Shown one piece after another: positions 20,132 to 32,242 of a DNA stretch of 64,000 nucleotides (positions are counted from its first letter, which is position 1; each line of letters begins with the position of its first letter). Location: IMG/VR virus record IMGVR_UViG_3300042350_003801; one strand, given 5' to 3'. The notes beneath the pieces were generated by a model, which made no database searches, was not told the origin of the DNA, and saw only the letters and a program-made list of their open reading frames with translations. The stretch comes from a virus. Taxonomy: Duplodnaviria; Caudoviricetes. Both the position numbers and the translations under genes were made by a program.

Positions 20132-21070
20132 TTAATATGTCTGTTCTTTCATTTCATATTCTTGATTCCAGACATCAATCCCAATATTAGCAATCATCTC
20201 TTCTTTCCACTTATTATTTCTTCCTGGAATCTTATCCCATTTGATTAGAGTTCTTACAAACTTATTCTTACCGTCTTCGGAGTCTTTCCAGATTTTGCTG
20301 AAACAATCATCCCGTTGTTTAATTGAAGATGCAATGATGACTTTAGTAGATTTACTTGCAGTAAACATAGAGAAAATCTTAATGAAGAAGTCTTGTGCAT
20401 CCTTATCCGAAACAAATGCAAACTCATCAAGATATACAAGGTCAAAACTCCGACTTTTGAAAGTGTTGTAAGATGTATTACTGGCAATAACCCTAGAACC
20501 ATTCTCCAATTCTAATGTGGACTTATTATTAATGATAACTTTATGTTGCATCCATTCTGGAAGATTTTCATAAGCAGTCTGTAATCTTTCTAGACTATTA
20601 CGAGCATCTGGGGCATTGAAAGAAAATATTCCATCGGTTACATTATCATTAAAGATGATGTGATGTAGAAGGTAAAAAAGACCGGTTGAAGTTTTACCTG
20701 CACATCTTGAACTTTTACAGATGTTGAATCGGTTGTTGTGATACTTATTAATCAGGTCTTCTTGATAAGGATAGAGTTTGAAGTCTGTGAGTCCCTTATC
20801 AATTGTGACAGTTTTTACATAGTTATTGATGAAGTATACTGGGTCTTTCTCACATTTTTGCAACTCTTCAAGGTGTTTAATGGTTTGCTTGTGTTCATCC
20901 GTGGACCAATAATGATTATCCCATCCACACATTATTGCATTTGCAAACCAGGAGCGCATTAGGTCTTCGTCTCCTCCATGTAGTTCTACAAATTCTTTTG
21001 CCCATCGTTGGGCGTTCATATCATTATTCGGGGGCTTCATTTTGATTTGTTCAGGTGTGAGTTGTTTCAT
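20132..21070 (-). CDS. Terminase large subunit paralogue, ATPase domain only
   Basis: DPVYFINNYVK, LYPYQ, Walker A KSSRCAGKTS, LENGS, Walker B LVYLDEFAF; ends at QEYE with no nuclease domain. Confidence 0.8.
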   Translation of the reverse strand: MKQLTPEQIKMKPPNNDMNAQRWAKEFVELHGGDEDLMRSWFANAIMCGWDNHYWSTDEHKQTIKHLEELQKCEKDPVYFINNYVKTVTIDKGLTDFKLYPYQEDLINKYHNNRFNICKSSRCAGKTSTGLFYLLHHIIFNDNVTDGIFSFNAPDARNSLERLQTAYENLPEWMQHKVIINNKSTLELENGSRVIASNTSYNTFKSRSFDLVYLDEFAFVSDKDAQDFFIKIFSMFTASKSTKVIIASSIKQRDDCFSKIWKDSEDGKNKFVRTLIKWDKIPGRNNKWKEEMIANIGIDVWNQEYEMKEQTY

Positions 21071-21096
21071 AGTGTTTCAATTTATTGGTGTAATAT

Positions 21097-21642
21097 TTAG
21101 GATTCTTCTTCTTTTAGAATATTCTTGGCGAATTCAATTACATCATCTTCCCACATATCAGAATCTTCTAATACGCCATTCGCCCATTTTGCATCTGGTA
21201 TAAAGACGGGCGCGAAGATTCCATTACTTAAATCTTTTCCTCCGCCATAAGAATTCCTTGCTTTATACATATTATATTTTTTAACTACCCAAGTGCCTTC
21301 AAGGATATCATAACAAGTTTCTCCAAATTTAGCATTTTCTAGAACATAGTCTCTTTTGCATTTCTTACACCACCCGTTAGTTGGATTTATGACACTATTC
21401 GTAATAAACTCGCACCAGGGTTTGTCTTTAAAATTCAATTCACAGGAATCTGGTTTTGTTCTTTGTTTTATTGGCTTGTTAATTCTATTTTTAAGCCATT
21501 CAAAATGTTCAATATAACTATCAAAAGAGACTTCATCAAGATTTATAATGCAATGCTTATAACGATAACTGCCAATAAATCCTGGATGCTTGAGAGTAAT
21601 TTCTTCTATTCTTTTTGCTTGTTCAGGTGTTAGTAGTTTCAT
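21097..21642 (-). CDS. Hypothetical protein (MKLLTPEQ start shared with the terminase paralogue)
   Basis: ORF track; operon context. Confidence 0.7.
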   Translation of the reverse strand: MKLLTPEQAKRIEEITLKHPGFIGSYRYKHCIINLDEVSFDSYIEHFEWLKNRINKPIKQRTKPDSCELNFKDKPWCEFITNSVINPTNGWCKKCKRDYVLENAKFGETCYDILEGTWVVKKYNMYKARNSYGGGKDLSNGIFAPVFIPDAKWANGVLEDSDMWEDDVIEFAKNILKEEES

Positions 21643-21658
21643 AATGTTCGGTTCTTAT

Positions 21659-22051
21659 TTAAGATAATTTTGAAATATCTTCATCTTTCAGAACTTCTTC
21701 TTGAAGTTTTAGAACTGGTTGCAAAATGAATTTTCTGAACTTATTTACGATATTCTCACGAAGATAACGTTCCATTAGAACCGAATCCCACTTTGGCGGA
21801 CAAGATAAAATCTTTCCATAATGATGCGCGAATAGTTCTTTCCAAAATGAACGATGGTCTTGTAATGCCTCCTTATTTACGGTAATCTTAAATTCTACTA
21901 CTGGAATTAGATTGTCATTAACATAGGTTTTTTCTTCAAATTGAAAGGCATTTTCGTCTTCGAAAATACTGTATTCTGGAATATGAATACCGTGAGTTTT
22001 TAGAGTCTCTTTAAGGTGTTTGTCAATTGTAAAGTTTGAAAATAATGTCAT
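21659..22051 (-). CDS. Hypothetical protein
   Basis: ORF track; operon context. Confidence 0.65.
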   Translation of the reverse strand: MTLFSNFTIDKHLKETLKTHGIHIPEYSIFEDENAFQFEEKTYVNDNLIPVVEFKITVNKEALQDHRSFWKELFAHHYGKILSCPPKWDSVLMERYLRENIVNKFRKFILQPVLKLQEEVLKDEDISKLS

Positions 22052-22155
22052 AATGTTGGGGTTTTGGGGGTATTATGTATGGTTATGAAAACAATGATAG
22101 TATGAATAGGAAGACTCCGAAGAGTTCAAAGAATAGGAGGATTTGGAGCATTTTG

Positions 22156-22983
22156 TTAATTGGGAGAATTTAAAACTTTTTTCTTTCTTCCACCAACTCC
22201 AGGGCGCTTTTTGCCTTTATTGGGTGGAACTTTACCTTTCATTGGGTTTCTATCTCCTTGCTTTGAGAAATGCCTACAGCAAGTTTGCCCCATTTTTAAT
22301 CCGGTAACTAGAACTTCTCTTTCTCCACCACAATCACAATACACTTTAACTTTAGACCATTTTGTTATTCTGGTTGGAATGTAAACTACAATCAATCCTC
22401 TTCTTTGACATTCTTGTGTAATGTGGTCTCTCCAATACTTATCGCCATAAGATGTAGTTCTATTTTCTCGCAGAATAACCTTTGCTTGTTTCAATAAAAC
22501 CATAACTGAACCTTTTGACAATCCAATTTTATTTGCAATTTTAGTGATTGAAAGTTTTTCATTTTCATACAAATTTCTTGCATATTCTCTATACTGTTCA
22601 TTAATGCTTATTCCTCTGTTCCACCCACCTTCAAAATAGTCATTATTTGTTTTGTTAATGCAAAGCGGATTGTTTTTTAAAACGTAAGTTTGGAGAACAT
22701 TAGTCTCATAATCAACAGCACCTTTATCTGATCCAAAAAATGCTATAGGATACAAAGTCCTTTTTAAAAGATTCCAATCATTATCGGAGGAACTTCCCAA
22801 ATAACCATCGTTTAAATTATGAGTTGAATGCTTTCCAAAATAAAAGTAGTTCGGTTTTTCTTCTGAAACTACAACATAAACATAATGAAACTCTCTAGTG
22901 GATTTACTTCTAACACTTTCCACTAGAAGTTTTGAATACAACAATTCCTTGTGCATAGGTCTTATAGGTTTTAACGGCAACAC
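22156..22983 (-). CDS. Free-standing GIY-YIG homing endonuclease (Seg-like)
   Basis: YVY..........YFGKH......GYLGSS catalytic head, HTH-like segment, CxC/CC cluster, NUMOD3-like NPMKGKVPPNKGK tail. Confidence 0.85.
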   Translation of the reverse strand: MLPLKPIRPMHKELLYSKLLVESVRSKSTREFHYVYVVVSEEKPNYFYFGKHSTHNLNDGYLGSSSDNDWNLLKRTLYPIAFFGSDKGAVDYETNVLQTYVLKNNPLCINKTNNDYFEGGWNRGISINEQYREYARNLYENEKLSITKIANKIGLSKGSVMVLLKQAKVILRENRTTSYGDKYWRDHITQECQRRGLIVVYIPTRITKWSKVKVYCDCGGEREVLVTGLKMGQTCCRHFSKQGDRNPMKGKVPPNKGKKRPGVGGRKKKVLNSPN

Positions 22984-22996
22984 TATTTATCGTAGT

Positions 22997-23023
22997 AAAA
23001 AGGAGAGAACCGAAGTCCTCCCC
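22997..23023 (-). terminator. psbA intrinsic terminator
   Basis: GGGGAGGAC-TTCG-GTTCTCTCC-TTTTT, followed by GATAAATA (late-promoter-like) at the nuclease start. Confidence 0.85.
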
Positions 23024-23062
23024 AATTTTGCCGTTATTGGTCTATAAGACCAACTCTATTTA

Positions 23063-25079
<2,017 letters not shown>

Positions 25080-25190
25080 ATTTGAAAAAGGGTAGAAAAT
25101 GTTCGTAGGGACGAACGTGATTAATATTTCTTCTCGCCCTTAGAGAAGATATGAGAGACGTATTTGACGTGCAAAGTCTCGGTAAGCACG
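25080..25190 (-). ncRNA. PhotoRC-II-like structured psbA 5' leader
   Basis: GCTTACCGAGAC...AAATACGTCTCTCATATC..AAGGG...GAAATA...CGTCCCTACG...ACCCTTTTTCAAATATG resembles, from memory, the cyanophage psbA leader motif (GAGAC/GTCTC stem). Confidence 0.7.
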
Positions 25191-25224
25191 GGCAGCAATG
25201 TGAGGATTTCCTGACTTGCTGATG

Positions 25225-25258
25225 TATTTATAGTAACACTATGTTACGTTTTTGTCAA
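25225..25258 (-). promoter_or_regulatory. psbA composite promoter: sigma70 TTGACA-N17-TACTAT overlapping late TATAAATA, with a GTAAC-N5-GTTAC palindrome in the spacer
   Basis: Read directly on the minus strand. Confidence 0.75.
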
Positions 25259-25917
25259 TGAGTATTTGTGCTGGTTGAGGGATCGTCCAGGTTATCAAAC
25301 ATAAGAAAGAAAACTGGTTGCCGGCCCCGTTCTTCCAGAATGTGTCGTCCTATTAATTCACATGATGCTGCTAATACGGCAGAGGTGACTTGTAGGGTTA
25401 AAGCAGACCAACAACCATTAGCTGGATTATAGCCGTAAGATGATTGTAATAGTGCATCATACTGGTCCTTAACATTATTAATTGGGGAGGGTTTTACAGA
25501 TGAAGCCGGATACTCACTAAAGACAATATCTGCTACCTCTTTTGCAATATTCTCAGCTTCTTGTCTGGCGTCCCAAGAAACACTTTCAGCGGCTTTTCTA
25601 GAATTTAGCCAGGTTAAAAGTTTGGCTGCACTCAAGTTATTTGTTCCAATAGCCTCATCTAAGGCTGCATCTGCGGCAGCCAAGCTATGACTAAGCTCGG
25701 GAAAATTATTGAACCGTATTTTTACTTCATTCCATTGTTTTTCCGTAAGAGTATCAATATATTTCCAAAAGTCAATAACGGCTTGATAGTTTGGTCCAAG
25801 GTAATATTGGGGATACCACAATATTTTGGGGTCGTTTATTTTTTCGCTAAATTTACTGTGCGTTTTTGAGAATGGAAAATGTTGTAGTAAATGAGATGGT
25901 AGTTTAAAGTCTGTCAT
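25255..25917 (-). CDS. GPNY/NFW paralogue family member 1 (no tandem array)
   Basis: YLGPNYQAVIDFW..IDTL..KQW...ELIGRHILEE.G..PVFF.MF. Confidence 0.75.
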   Translation of the reverse strand: MTDFKLPSHLLQHFPFSKTHSKFSEKINDPKILWYPQYYLGPNYQAVIDFWKYIDTLTEKQWNEVKIRFNNFPELSHSLAAADAALDEAIGTNNLSAAKLLTWLNSRKAAESVSWDARQEAENIAKEVADIVFSEYPASSVKPSPINNVKDQYDALLQSSYGYNPANGCWSALTLQVTSAVLAASCELIGRHILEERGRQPVFFLMFDNLDDPSTSTNTH

Positions 25918-25959
25918 AATTCTCCTTGTGTTAAATGTTTATTTGGTGTCACTTGTCCA

Positions 25960-26205
25960 TTACCTCTTATAATACTCAATTGTTTTCTTATTAATCTCAA
26001 TCCTCTGGTCTACTTCAAAAGTATCATTCAATGTATATTCTTCAATATCAATCTTTGGGCCTTTAATTCCGGTAGATTTTTCTACAAGAGCGAAAGATTC
26101 TTCCAACAACATCATATTCACTTTCGCTAGATGATAATCATCAAACAACCCACATTGATGAGGTTCTTCGTGGGAGTAATAGTAATAAAGTGAGTAGATT
26201 GTCAT
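25960..26205 (-). CDS. Hypothetical protein
   Basis: ORF track; overlapping-gene operon. Confidence 0.6.
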   Translation of the reverse strand: MTIYSLYYYYSHEEPHQCGLFDDYHLAKVNMMLLEESFALVEKSTGIKGPKIDIEEYTLNDTFEVDQRIEINKKTIEYYKR

Positions 26206-26759
26206 TTGTTTTCAGTAACAGTAAACCTTTGAGTAAGGAAGTCACCAATGATGTGCATAAAGTTACTCCATCTAAAGTATCTTTCCTTAGTGGTATAAAA
26301 GAGTTCAATATCTTCTGCACAAAGAAACTGTGAGTTATTCTTTAAAATGCTTTCTACAATATTAATATCAAAGTCCCACTGCTCGGCAATCTGTTGAGCA
26401 GTCAACCAGCCATATCTAGATTCCTTGATTGCAAAAACAATTGTAGAAGTTGTTTCTTCTAATGTATTAAAATGTTCAGCAACAAGAGCTTCAACATCCA
26501 CTGACTTGATGGCCGCTCTTACTTGGTCTAGAGAAAGGGTTGGTTCACCTGAATTTCGATGGTCTTCCAGGGCAGTTGTGCCGGTTTTAACATCTTCTGC
26601 ATACTCTAAACCGATCATAAACCGACGAGCAATAATTTGTTCAAAGGCTTCTCCCAAACTGTGCGCCACGCCATCATAATGGTCATTACCTTCGGGACCA
26701 TCATATAATGACCACTCATAATGGTCATTTTCTACTCTATGCCATATTTCAATGTTCAT
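26202..26759 (-). CDS. Hypothetical protein
   Basis: ORF track; overlapping-gene operon. Confidence 0.65.
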   Translation of the reverse strand: MNIEIWHRVENDHYEWSLYDGPEGNDHYDGVAHSLGEAFEQIIARRFMIGLEYAEDVKTGTTALEDHRNSGEPTLSLDQVRAAIKSVDVEALVAEHFNTLEETTSTIVFAIKESRYGWLTAQQIAEQWDFDINIVESILKNNSQFLCAEDIELFYTTKERYFRWSNFMHIIGDFLTQRFTVTENK

Positions 26760-26937
26760 TCCGTTCTCCTTTTGCTCTATCTTCAGAATAAACTTTGGTT
26801 GCTATCTTGGCAAGTTCAAGATAAGTTTTAAACATTTTTTCTTGATTTTCTGCTCCCCATTTACAAACAACTCTATAAGAAACTTTTTCCGTTATAAGCC
26901 TAGTGTAAATGTTTGCTAAAAGTTCTTCGTCGTTCAT
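26749..26937 (-). CDS. Hypothetical protein
   Basis: ORF track; overlapping-gene operon. Confidence 0.55.
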   Translation of the reverse strand: MNDEELLANIYTRLITEKVSYRVVCKWGAENQEKMFKTYLELAKIATKVYSEDRAKGERNEH

Positions 26938-27504
26938 TTAAACCCCTCCAGATTCTTGAAATGTATTAAACCTAATTTTTCCATTGCTAAAAACTGTAAT
27001 TGGAATATCCTCTTCACCTACGATTAATGTTTGGTCCCATTTCTCGCTATAGGAGTTTCCCCACCAATCTGTACGAGGTAAATATGCCCGGTATCCTTCC
27101 ACAGTCCTTTCAATTTTTACTATAACAGTTCCGAGTTTATTTCCATGAACCGGATAATTTCCATTGATATACCACTGAGATTTTTTATCTCTAAAAACTA
27201 TTTTTAATGCCCAGGATACAGCAAAGCCATATTCACCAATTTCCATTTCATTGATAGGCTTTTCTTTTTTCACTGCAGAAATCTTATAATTATTCCCCTC
27301 AAGTATTTTAACTCTTTCTTCCAGAGACTCAATTCTATATGTCAATGAAAGGTCCTCGTCTTCCGGTTCACATAATCCGAGAGCGTTTATAATTTCATCC
27401 ATATATTTTTCAATGGAAGTTAATCTTTTTCTTGTCCCATCAACAAAATCTTTAACCCACCAACGTTTTTCAATCATAATCGTGCTCTGCTTTTTGTTCG
27501 CCAC
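26938..27504 (-). CDS. Hypothetical protein
   Basis: ORF track. Confidence 0.65.
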   Translation of the reverse strand: MANKKQSTIMIEKRWWVKDFVDGTRKRLTSIEKYMDEIINALGLCEPEDEDLSLTYRIESLEERVKILEGNNYKISAVKKEKPINEMEIGEYGFAVSWALKIVFRDKKSQWYINGNYPVHGNKLGTVIVKIERTVEGYRAYLPRTDWWGNSYSEKWDQTLIVGEEDIPITVFSNGKIRFNTFQESGGV

Positions 27505-27713
27505 CTATTATGGATCATTTTTGGTGAAATGGCCGTTTGAGTGGACAGTTTTTATATTGGCCCTTTTTGGCGGAATTTTTTGGGCGGGAAATTTTTTTGA
27601 GAGCAGGGGGTGTCTTAAGCCATATGGGACCCAATGGTTTTTATTATAAAACGCACTTGGGGGGGGTATGGGTATCTTATCGCTAGGCCACACCGGGGCA
27701 CCGCCGGGACGGT

Positions 27714-27756
27714 AGTATATCTGTCCCATAAGAACCACTGATGGGACAGATATACT
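27714..27756. repeat. Perfect 16-bp inverted repeat
   Basis: AGTATATCTGTCCCAT-aagaaccactg-ATGGGACAGATATACT. Confidence 0.9.
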
Positions 27757-27823
27757 GCTCACAAACCCCAGCAAGACTGGCCCCAATAAGATATACAAAT
27801 CAGGGCCAACTGCTAATCATACT

Positions 27824-28105
27824 TTACACCCCCAACTCTCCAAGGCGGAGAGCTATCCTATGCCGGGCAATCCTGGCCCCATTCAATGTAAACATAAACC
27901 GACGACTACCCTTTACGTTTACAACAATACGGCAGCCGATCACTACATCAGAAGGAGGATTGCCAAGCCCAGTGTAACCCTGGCAGTGGTATTCTGCCTC
28001 GGCGATCATACCATCGCCGTGCAATCCGCCGCTATTGAGAGAATCAATGGCGAACTGTTCGGTATCATTGACCTTTGCCAATAGCTCGTTCATTGTAGAC
28101 AACAT
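27824..28105 (-). CDS. Hypothetical protein
   Basis: ORF track. Confidence 0.6.
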   Translation of the reverse strand: MLSTMNELLAKVNDTEQFAIDSLNSGGLHGDGMIAEAEYHCQGYTGLGNPPSDVVIGCRIVVNVKGSRRFMFTLNGARIARHRIALRLGELGV

Positions 28106-28151
28106 GGCTGAGATTGCGATGGGATTGTGTTAATGAAAGGCTAGAGATTTA

Positions 28152-28442
28152 TTACATCCTCTCATTACAAACGATGCGGGAAGTATATTGCCGGCCGTCA
28201 CGGTAAAATACTAAAAGGTCGGAATGTAGCTCCTGAAGAGTTTCATCTAAGGTTTCATATTCTTCTCTTTCAATATAACCAGACTGTAACATCCCGGCGG
28301 CACCCGAATCACCGAATACTAGGAACTTTGATGTTGCAACTACCTCGAAGTAATCATCCTCGTTCTCAAGAATGCCGACATAATCGGCGCCGGAGATGTC
28401 AACCGCAGACCATTGTGTGTTGGCCATTGTTTGCACCGGCAA
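28152..28442 (-). CDS. Acidic hypothetical protein
   Basis: ORF track; promoter -10 TATGAT upstream. Confidence 0.7.
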   Translation of the reverse strand: MPVQTMANTQWSAVDISGADYVGILENEDDYFEVVATSKFLVFGDSGAAGMLQSGYIEREEYETLDETLQELHSDLLVFYRDGRQYTSRIVCNERM

Positions 28443-28504
28443 CCTGCCGGGGCTGAACTACCCTCTAATCATACAGCATCCACAACCGGAACGGTCGGAA
28501 TAAC

Positions 28505-28672
28505 CGATAAGCATTGCTAATGGTTGAGGACTTGACAGGCTGGGCTGGTTCTGTTATTGTAGCTTCATACAAGGAAACCAGCGCAAGAAGCGCATCATAT
28601 AAGCGGACACAATAAACCTGCTCGTTAATAATAGCATCTAAAATATAAAGAAAGGCCCGCGATTGCGAGCCA
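28505..28672 (+). repeat. Divergent-promoter/sRNA cassette, copy 1
   Basis: ATAAGCATTGCTAAT palindrome, TTGACA-N17-TATTGT, TTCATACAAG, GCGC-AAGAA-GCGC, CACAATAAACCTG, terminator hairpin. Confidence 0.85.
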
Positions 28673-28697
28673 TTTGTTATTCTTATCGGTCAACTCT

Positions 28698-30224
28698 TTA
28701 AGATAACTTAGCCGGTACATTGACCATGGTTAGGTGTTGCTTAGCACGGGTGACTTGCACATAGCAGAGATGATCTTCTTGTGCAAGTTCCCATTCTTTC
28801 TTTGCAAACTTGCTAGGAGAATAGAGATCCATCCCTAGACAGAATACGCGATCCCATTCTCTACCCTTTGCCTTATGGATTGTGCTGAGAGTTAATACTT
28901 TCTGCTGGCCAGCTTCAGTATCACCAAACAGGCTACGAATCTTGCCGACAAGTACACTAACATCATCTTCATCGTCGCATTGTGTCATAAACACCTCTAA
29001 AGTTTTAGCCTTATCGTCTACATTCTGTGCCTTTGTATTATCTTCCTTGGAGATAAACTTCTCAATCTCATTCGCGGCCCATTGCTCCACTTTAGATCTT
29101 AATTTTCCCACGGTTTTGATAGACTTCCATCGCGTAGTAAGTGCAATTAAACCCTCGCCAATCTTGCGTCCTTCAACTTTACAAGCTACCCCTCCTCTCA
29201 ATAGAGAATATGCAAGCGAAACTAGCGGTTTTGTATTACGACAAAGGATAGCATCTTGCCTCCCAGTAAGTTTAACAACCTCGGTCAATTCACAGGCATC
29301 CACTATACCATCGGGAGCAGATTCGTGTGCTTCAATATGATCCACCCACTGATTCGCAACCTGAACTATAGCCTTAGGGCAACGATAAGTCACAGTTAAG
29401 GGTAGAGTTTCCGCATTAAACTCTGACCGAATGTTATCTAATGCAGCAGAATCTGCACCAGTAAAACCATAAATTGCCTGGCAAGGATCGCCCACAGCGA
29501 ATAGCCTACCTGATGGATTTAGCATCATTTTAACTAATGCCCGGCGCGTTGCATTAGTGTCTTGAGCTTCATCCAACAAAATGTTATCATATTGCCAAAT
29601 CTTCATCTTATTAAGAATAGGCATATAGATCATATCTGAAAAGTCTACAATATGAGTAAGAGAATTGCTCACCTTTAGTAAATACTGGGCGGCATCAATT
29701 CCCTGTGACTCGGTTATACCATCTGGCAGAGAATCTAACAAGTTATGATGATCTAGCATTGTCATCCAATTATCTACATTATCTTCAACGATTGCAGCAA
29801 TTCCGCATTCTTTGGCCATACCTGCAGCCGTTGTAACGAATTGGCGCAAAGGTTCATGTTCACCATTAAACTCACGGCGGGCTAATTCTCTTAGTTTGTT
29901 ACCATCCACCTTGACGCGACTTACAGCCCTACGAATAGCACCGAATCCGAAAGAATGCAGAGTGCCAACCTTAACCCTATCACCCAGATTAAGGGGTGCA
30001 ATCTTATCAGCAATCTCTAGGCTAATTGCCTTGTTAAATGCACAGAATGCAACTGATCCCTTAGTTGCATTAACCATCTCAACTAATGTTGTAGTCTTGC
30101 CTGCTCCTGCTACCGCTTCCAGCACAAGATTAGCCCTGGAAGATGTAACAAACTGAACGGCGGCAGCTTGCTGTGTGGAGAGTTGACGGGCCATGGCAGG
30201 GAGAATCCCTAAGTGCTCCGACAT
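28698..30224 (-). CDS. UvrD/Rep-family SF1 helicase
   Basis: AVAGAGKTTT, LLDEAQD, VGDPCQAIYGFTGA, TYRCP, TIHKAKGREW, YVQVTRAK. Confidence 0.92.
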   Translation of the reverse strand: MSEHLGILPAMARQLSTQQAAAVQFVTSSRANLVLEAVAGAGKTTTLVEMVNATKGSVAFCAFNKAISLEIADKIAPLNLGDRVKVGTLHSFGFGAIRRAVSRVKVDGNKLRELARREFNGEHEPLRQFVTTAAGMAKECGIAAIVEDNVDNWMTMLDHHNLLDSLPDGITESQGIDAAQYLLKVSNSLTHIVDFSDMIYMPILNKMKIWQYDNILLDEAQDTNATRRALVKMMLNPSGRLFAVGDPCQAIYGFTGADSAALDNIRSEFNAETLPLTVTYRCPKAIVQVANQWVDHIEAHESAPDGIVDACELTEVVKLTGRQDAILCRNTKPLVSLAYSLLRGGVACKVEGRKIGEGLIALTTRWKSIKTVGKLRSKVEQWAANEIEKFISKEDNTKAQNVDDKAKTLEVFMTQCDDEDDVSVLVGKIRSLFGDTEAGQQKVLTLSTIHKAKGREWDRVFCLGMDLYSPSKFAKKEWELAQEDHLCYVQVTRAKQHLTMVNVPAKLS

Positions 30225-30557
30225 CCTACCACACTTTCTGCCACGGATGGCCAGCCTGTCAGATAATCCTAACCGATATAATAAAGAGCAGGTTTATTGT
30301 GGCCGTTTATATGATGCGCTTCTTGCGCTGGTTTGCTTTGTTGTTCATATTCTACAGCCTTATGCGCCGGTTTCTGGTTGGTGTGTGCCAGTGGTTAAAG
30401 TGTCATCAGAGGCACCCAGAAGCCCTTAGAAGGTGCTACAATACAGTGAGACAAGCAAAGACAGCGGGCGAGCCGCATTTATATAAATTGGCACAATAAA
30501 CCAGCCTTGAGATAATAAGATATAAATAAAGGCCCGCAATCGCGAGCCCATTGGTTA

Positions 30558-30989
30558 TCAGTAAACCGTTTCAATGTCGGCACATTGAAGGATACCAGAC
30601 GGTTCAAGTCTGATAGAATCGCCATAATCAGACTTGATGCACCGAATGTTACTCCAACCCAGTTCATATTTCACCGCCCGAATGATAGCAAGATCCGTTT
30701 TCTTGCCGAGAATAGGCACCTCAAACCTCCTATCGATAGTGTTCACTTCACCACCAAATAGGCCATAAACAGTAACCCCAACCGATGGCACTTGTTCATA
30801 GCTGATACTATCAACACAATAATTGGCATAATCTGTTACTGCCTCCACTATATCATCCTCCCTATCAACAATGAATACCTTATTGCTAAACCTTTTATTA
30901 TAGTCTGCGGTTTCTTCTTGAGTGAGTTCTTCATCTTCACAGTCGGTGCTAAAGTCAAACTCAACTTTGGTGATTCTGTAAGCTGGCAT
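30558..30989 (-). CDS. Hypothetical protein
   Basis: ORF track; consensus sigma70 promoter upstream. Confidence 0.7.
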   Translation of the reverse strand: MPAYRITKVEFDFSTDCEDEELTQEETADYNKRFSNKVFIVDREDDIVEAVTDYANYCVDSISYEQVPSVGVTVYGLFGGEVNTIDRRFEVPILGKKTDLAIIRAVKYELGWSNIRCIKSDYGDSIRLEPSGILQCADIETVY

Positions 30990-31037
30990 TGGTCTGAATC
31001 TGAACGTCCCACTAACAATAAACTGTTTTCGTCAGTA

Positions 31038-31225
31038 TGTCAATGGTTGATTGATAAGCATTACTGATCATTCAAGGGCTTGACATACTGGGTTGATTCT
31101 GTTATTGTATGTTCATACAAGGAAAACCAGCGGAAGAACCGCTACAAATAAGAAGCCACAATGATCCTGCCTTTCATTATTAGAATATAAACAATACAAA
31201 AAGACTTCCGAGTTGGAAGCCTTTA
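31038..31225 (+). repeat. Divergent-promoter/sRNA cassette, copy 2
   Basis: Back-to-back TTGACA..TATTGT on both strands; GCGG-AAGAA-CCGC. Confidence 0.85.
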
Positions 31226-31602
31226 TTATACCGACTTATCGGGCATCGGTAATAACAACCGGCATCGGTTTCTGCGGCCGTTTGATCTCAGCGCCGGGGC
31301 GATAGACTGGCCGCAGTGTAGTAGACGGACGGACAGGGCGAGGAGCCAGAGTAGGAGCAGTCATCGGAGGTTGAGCGGTTGACTCCATAATCTTACAGCA
31401 TGAACCGCCAGACCGTCAACCAATCGGGGGCCATTGGTCAGAGAATGCTCACACTAGGATGGTTTCATAGATTATCGGTGATTCTATCCCATCCTACCTG
31501 CCCACCAGAATACCACAAAAACCAAAAATATAATAAACCCGCAGACATTAAAAAGGCCAGGGATATTAACTCCCTGGCGCCGGTTATACTGGAGCCCCGT
31601 AA

Positions 31603-32166
31603 TCACTCCGGGAATTGTGAAGAATAAGAAGGAACTATGCTCACTTTCATGCAATGTTCAAACGGAATATCACCTTCCATAGGATTAAACACATACCATT
31701 TATGTTCCCTCTGGAATAACTGACAACCGCAATAACGCATCAGGATTCTATTCATTCGCTCTTTAGTTGAGCGGCTCCTTTTAATAGGATCGTATAGAGT
31801 TACTCTTCCTAATACAGGAGCATAAAGGGCAATGAGTTTGCCATGATGCATAAAATGGATCAGCTCAAAGATGGAACCTACATCCGTAGCCTTAATTTCA
31901 TCGTTATTTTTCTTGTAGTTGACATGATTCTCAGCATGGAATAGCATCGTCTTAATACAATCAGCCCCGCCGCGATCGTTTACAAAATCCTGGCGTTCTT
32001 GCCAGTGCTTGAACTTAAGAAGTGCTTCGTAATACTCTGTGTAACATATGCGCTCGGCGCCTTCTTTATTTAACCGAGTGTAACCAGCCGTGCGGACTTT
32101 ATCCGATTTAGTATAATGAAATGCCTTGTGGTGCGCTAGAAGAGTAGAACCCGTGAGGCGTTGCAT
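31603..32166 (-). CDS. Hypothetical protein; C-terminal part resembles ORF 36678
   Basis: HG..IA.....T....STK.R.N.IL...Q....WY pattern shared; start moved to MQRLTG. Confidence 0.65.
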   Translation of the reverse strand: MQRLTGSTLLAHHKAFHYTKSDKVRTAGYTRLNKEGAERICYTEYYEALLKFKHWQERQDFVNDRGGADCIKTMLFHAENHVNYKKNNDEIKATDVGSIFELIHFMHHGKLIALYAPVLGRVTLYDPIKRSRSTKERMNRILMRYCGCQLFQREHKWYVFNPMEGDIPFEHCMKVSIVPSYSSQFPE

Positions 32167-32242
32167 TTGCTTACCGGCAACCTGCCGGTGGTTGGTTGAC
32201 TTGCTTATCCTACAGCATCGGGAAGGGTTCTGATCGTTTCCA

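Noticed and set aside
20132-21070. This gene as the functional packaging terminase gp17
   Set aside because: It lacks the RNase H-like nuclease domain and lies outside the head/packaging module
25234-25248. NtcA box in the psbA promoter
   Set aside because: Spacing is GTA-N9-TAC, not the canonical GTA-N8-TAC
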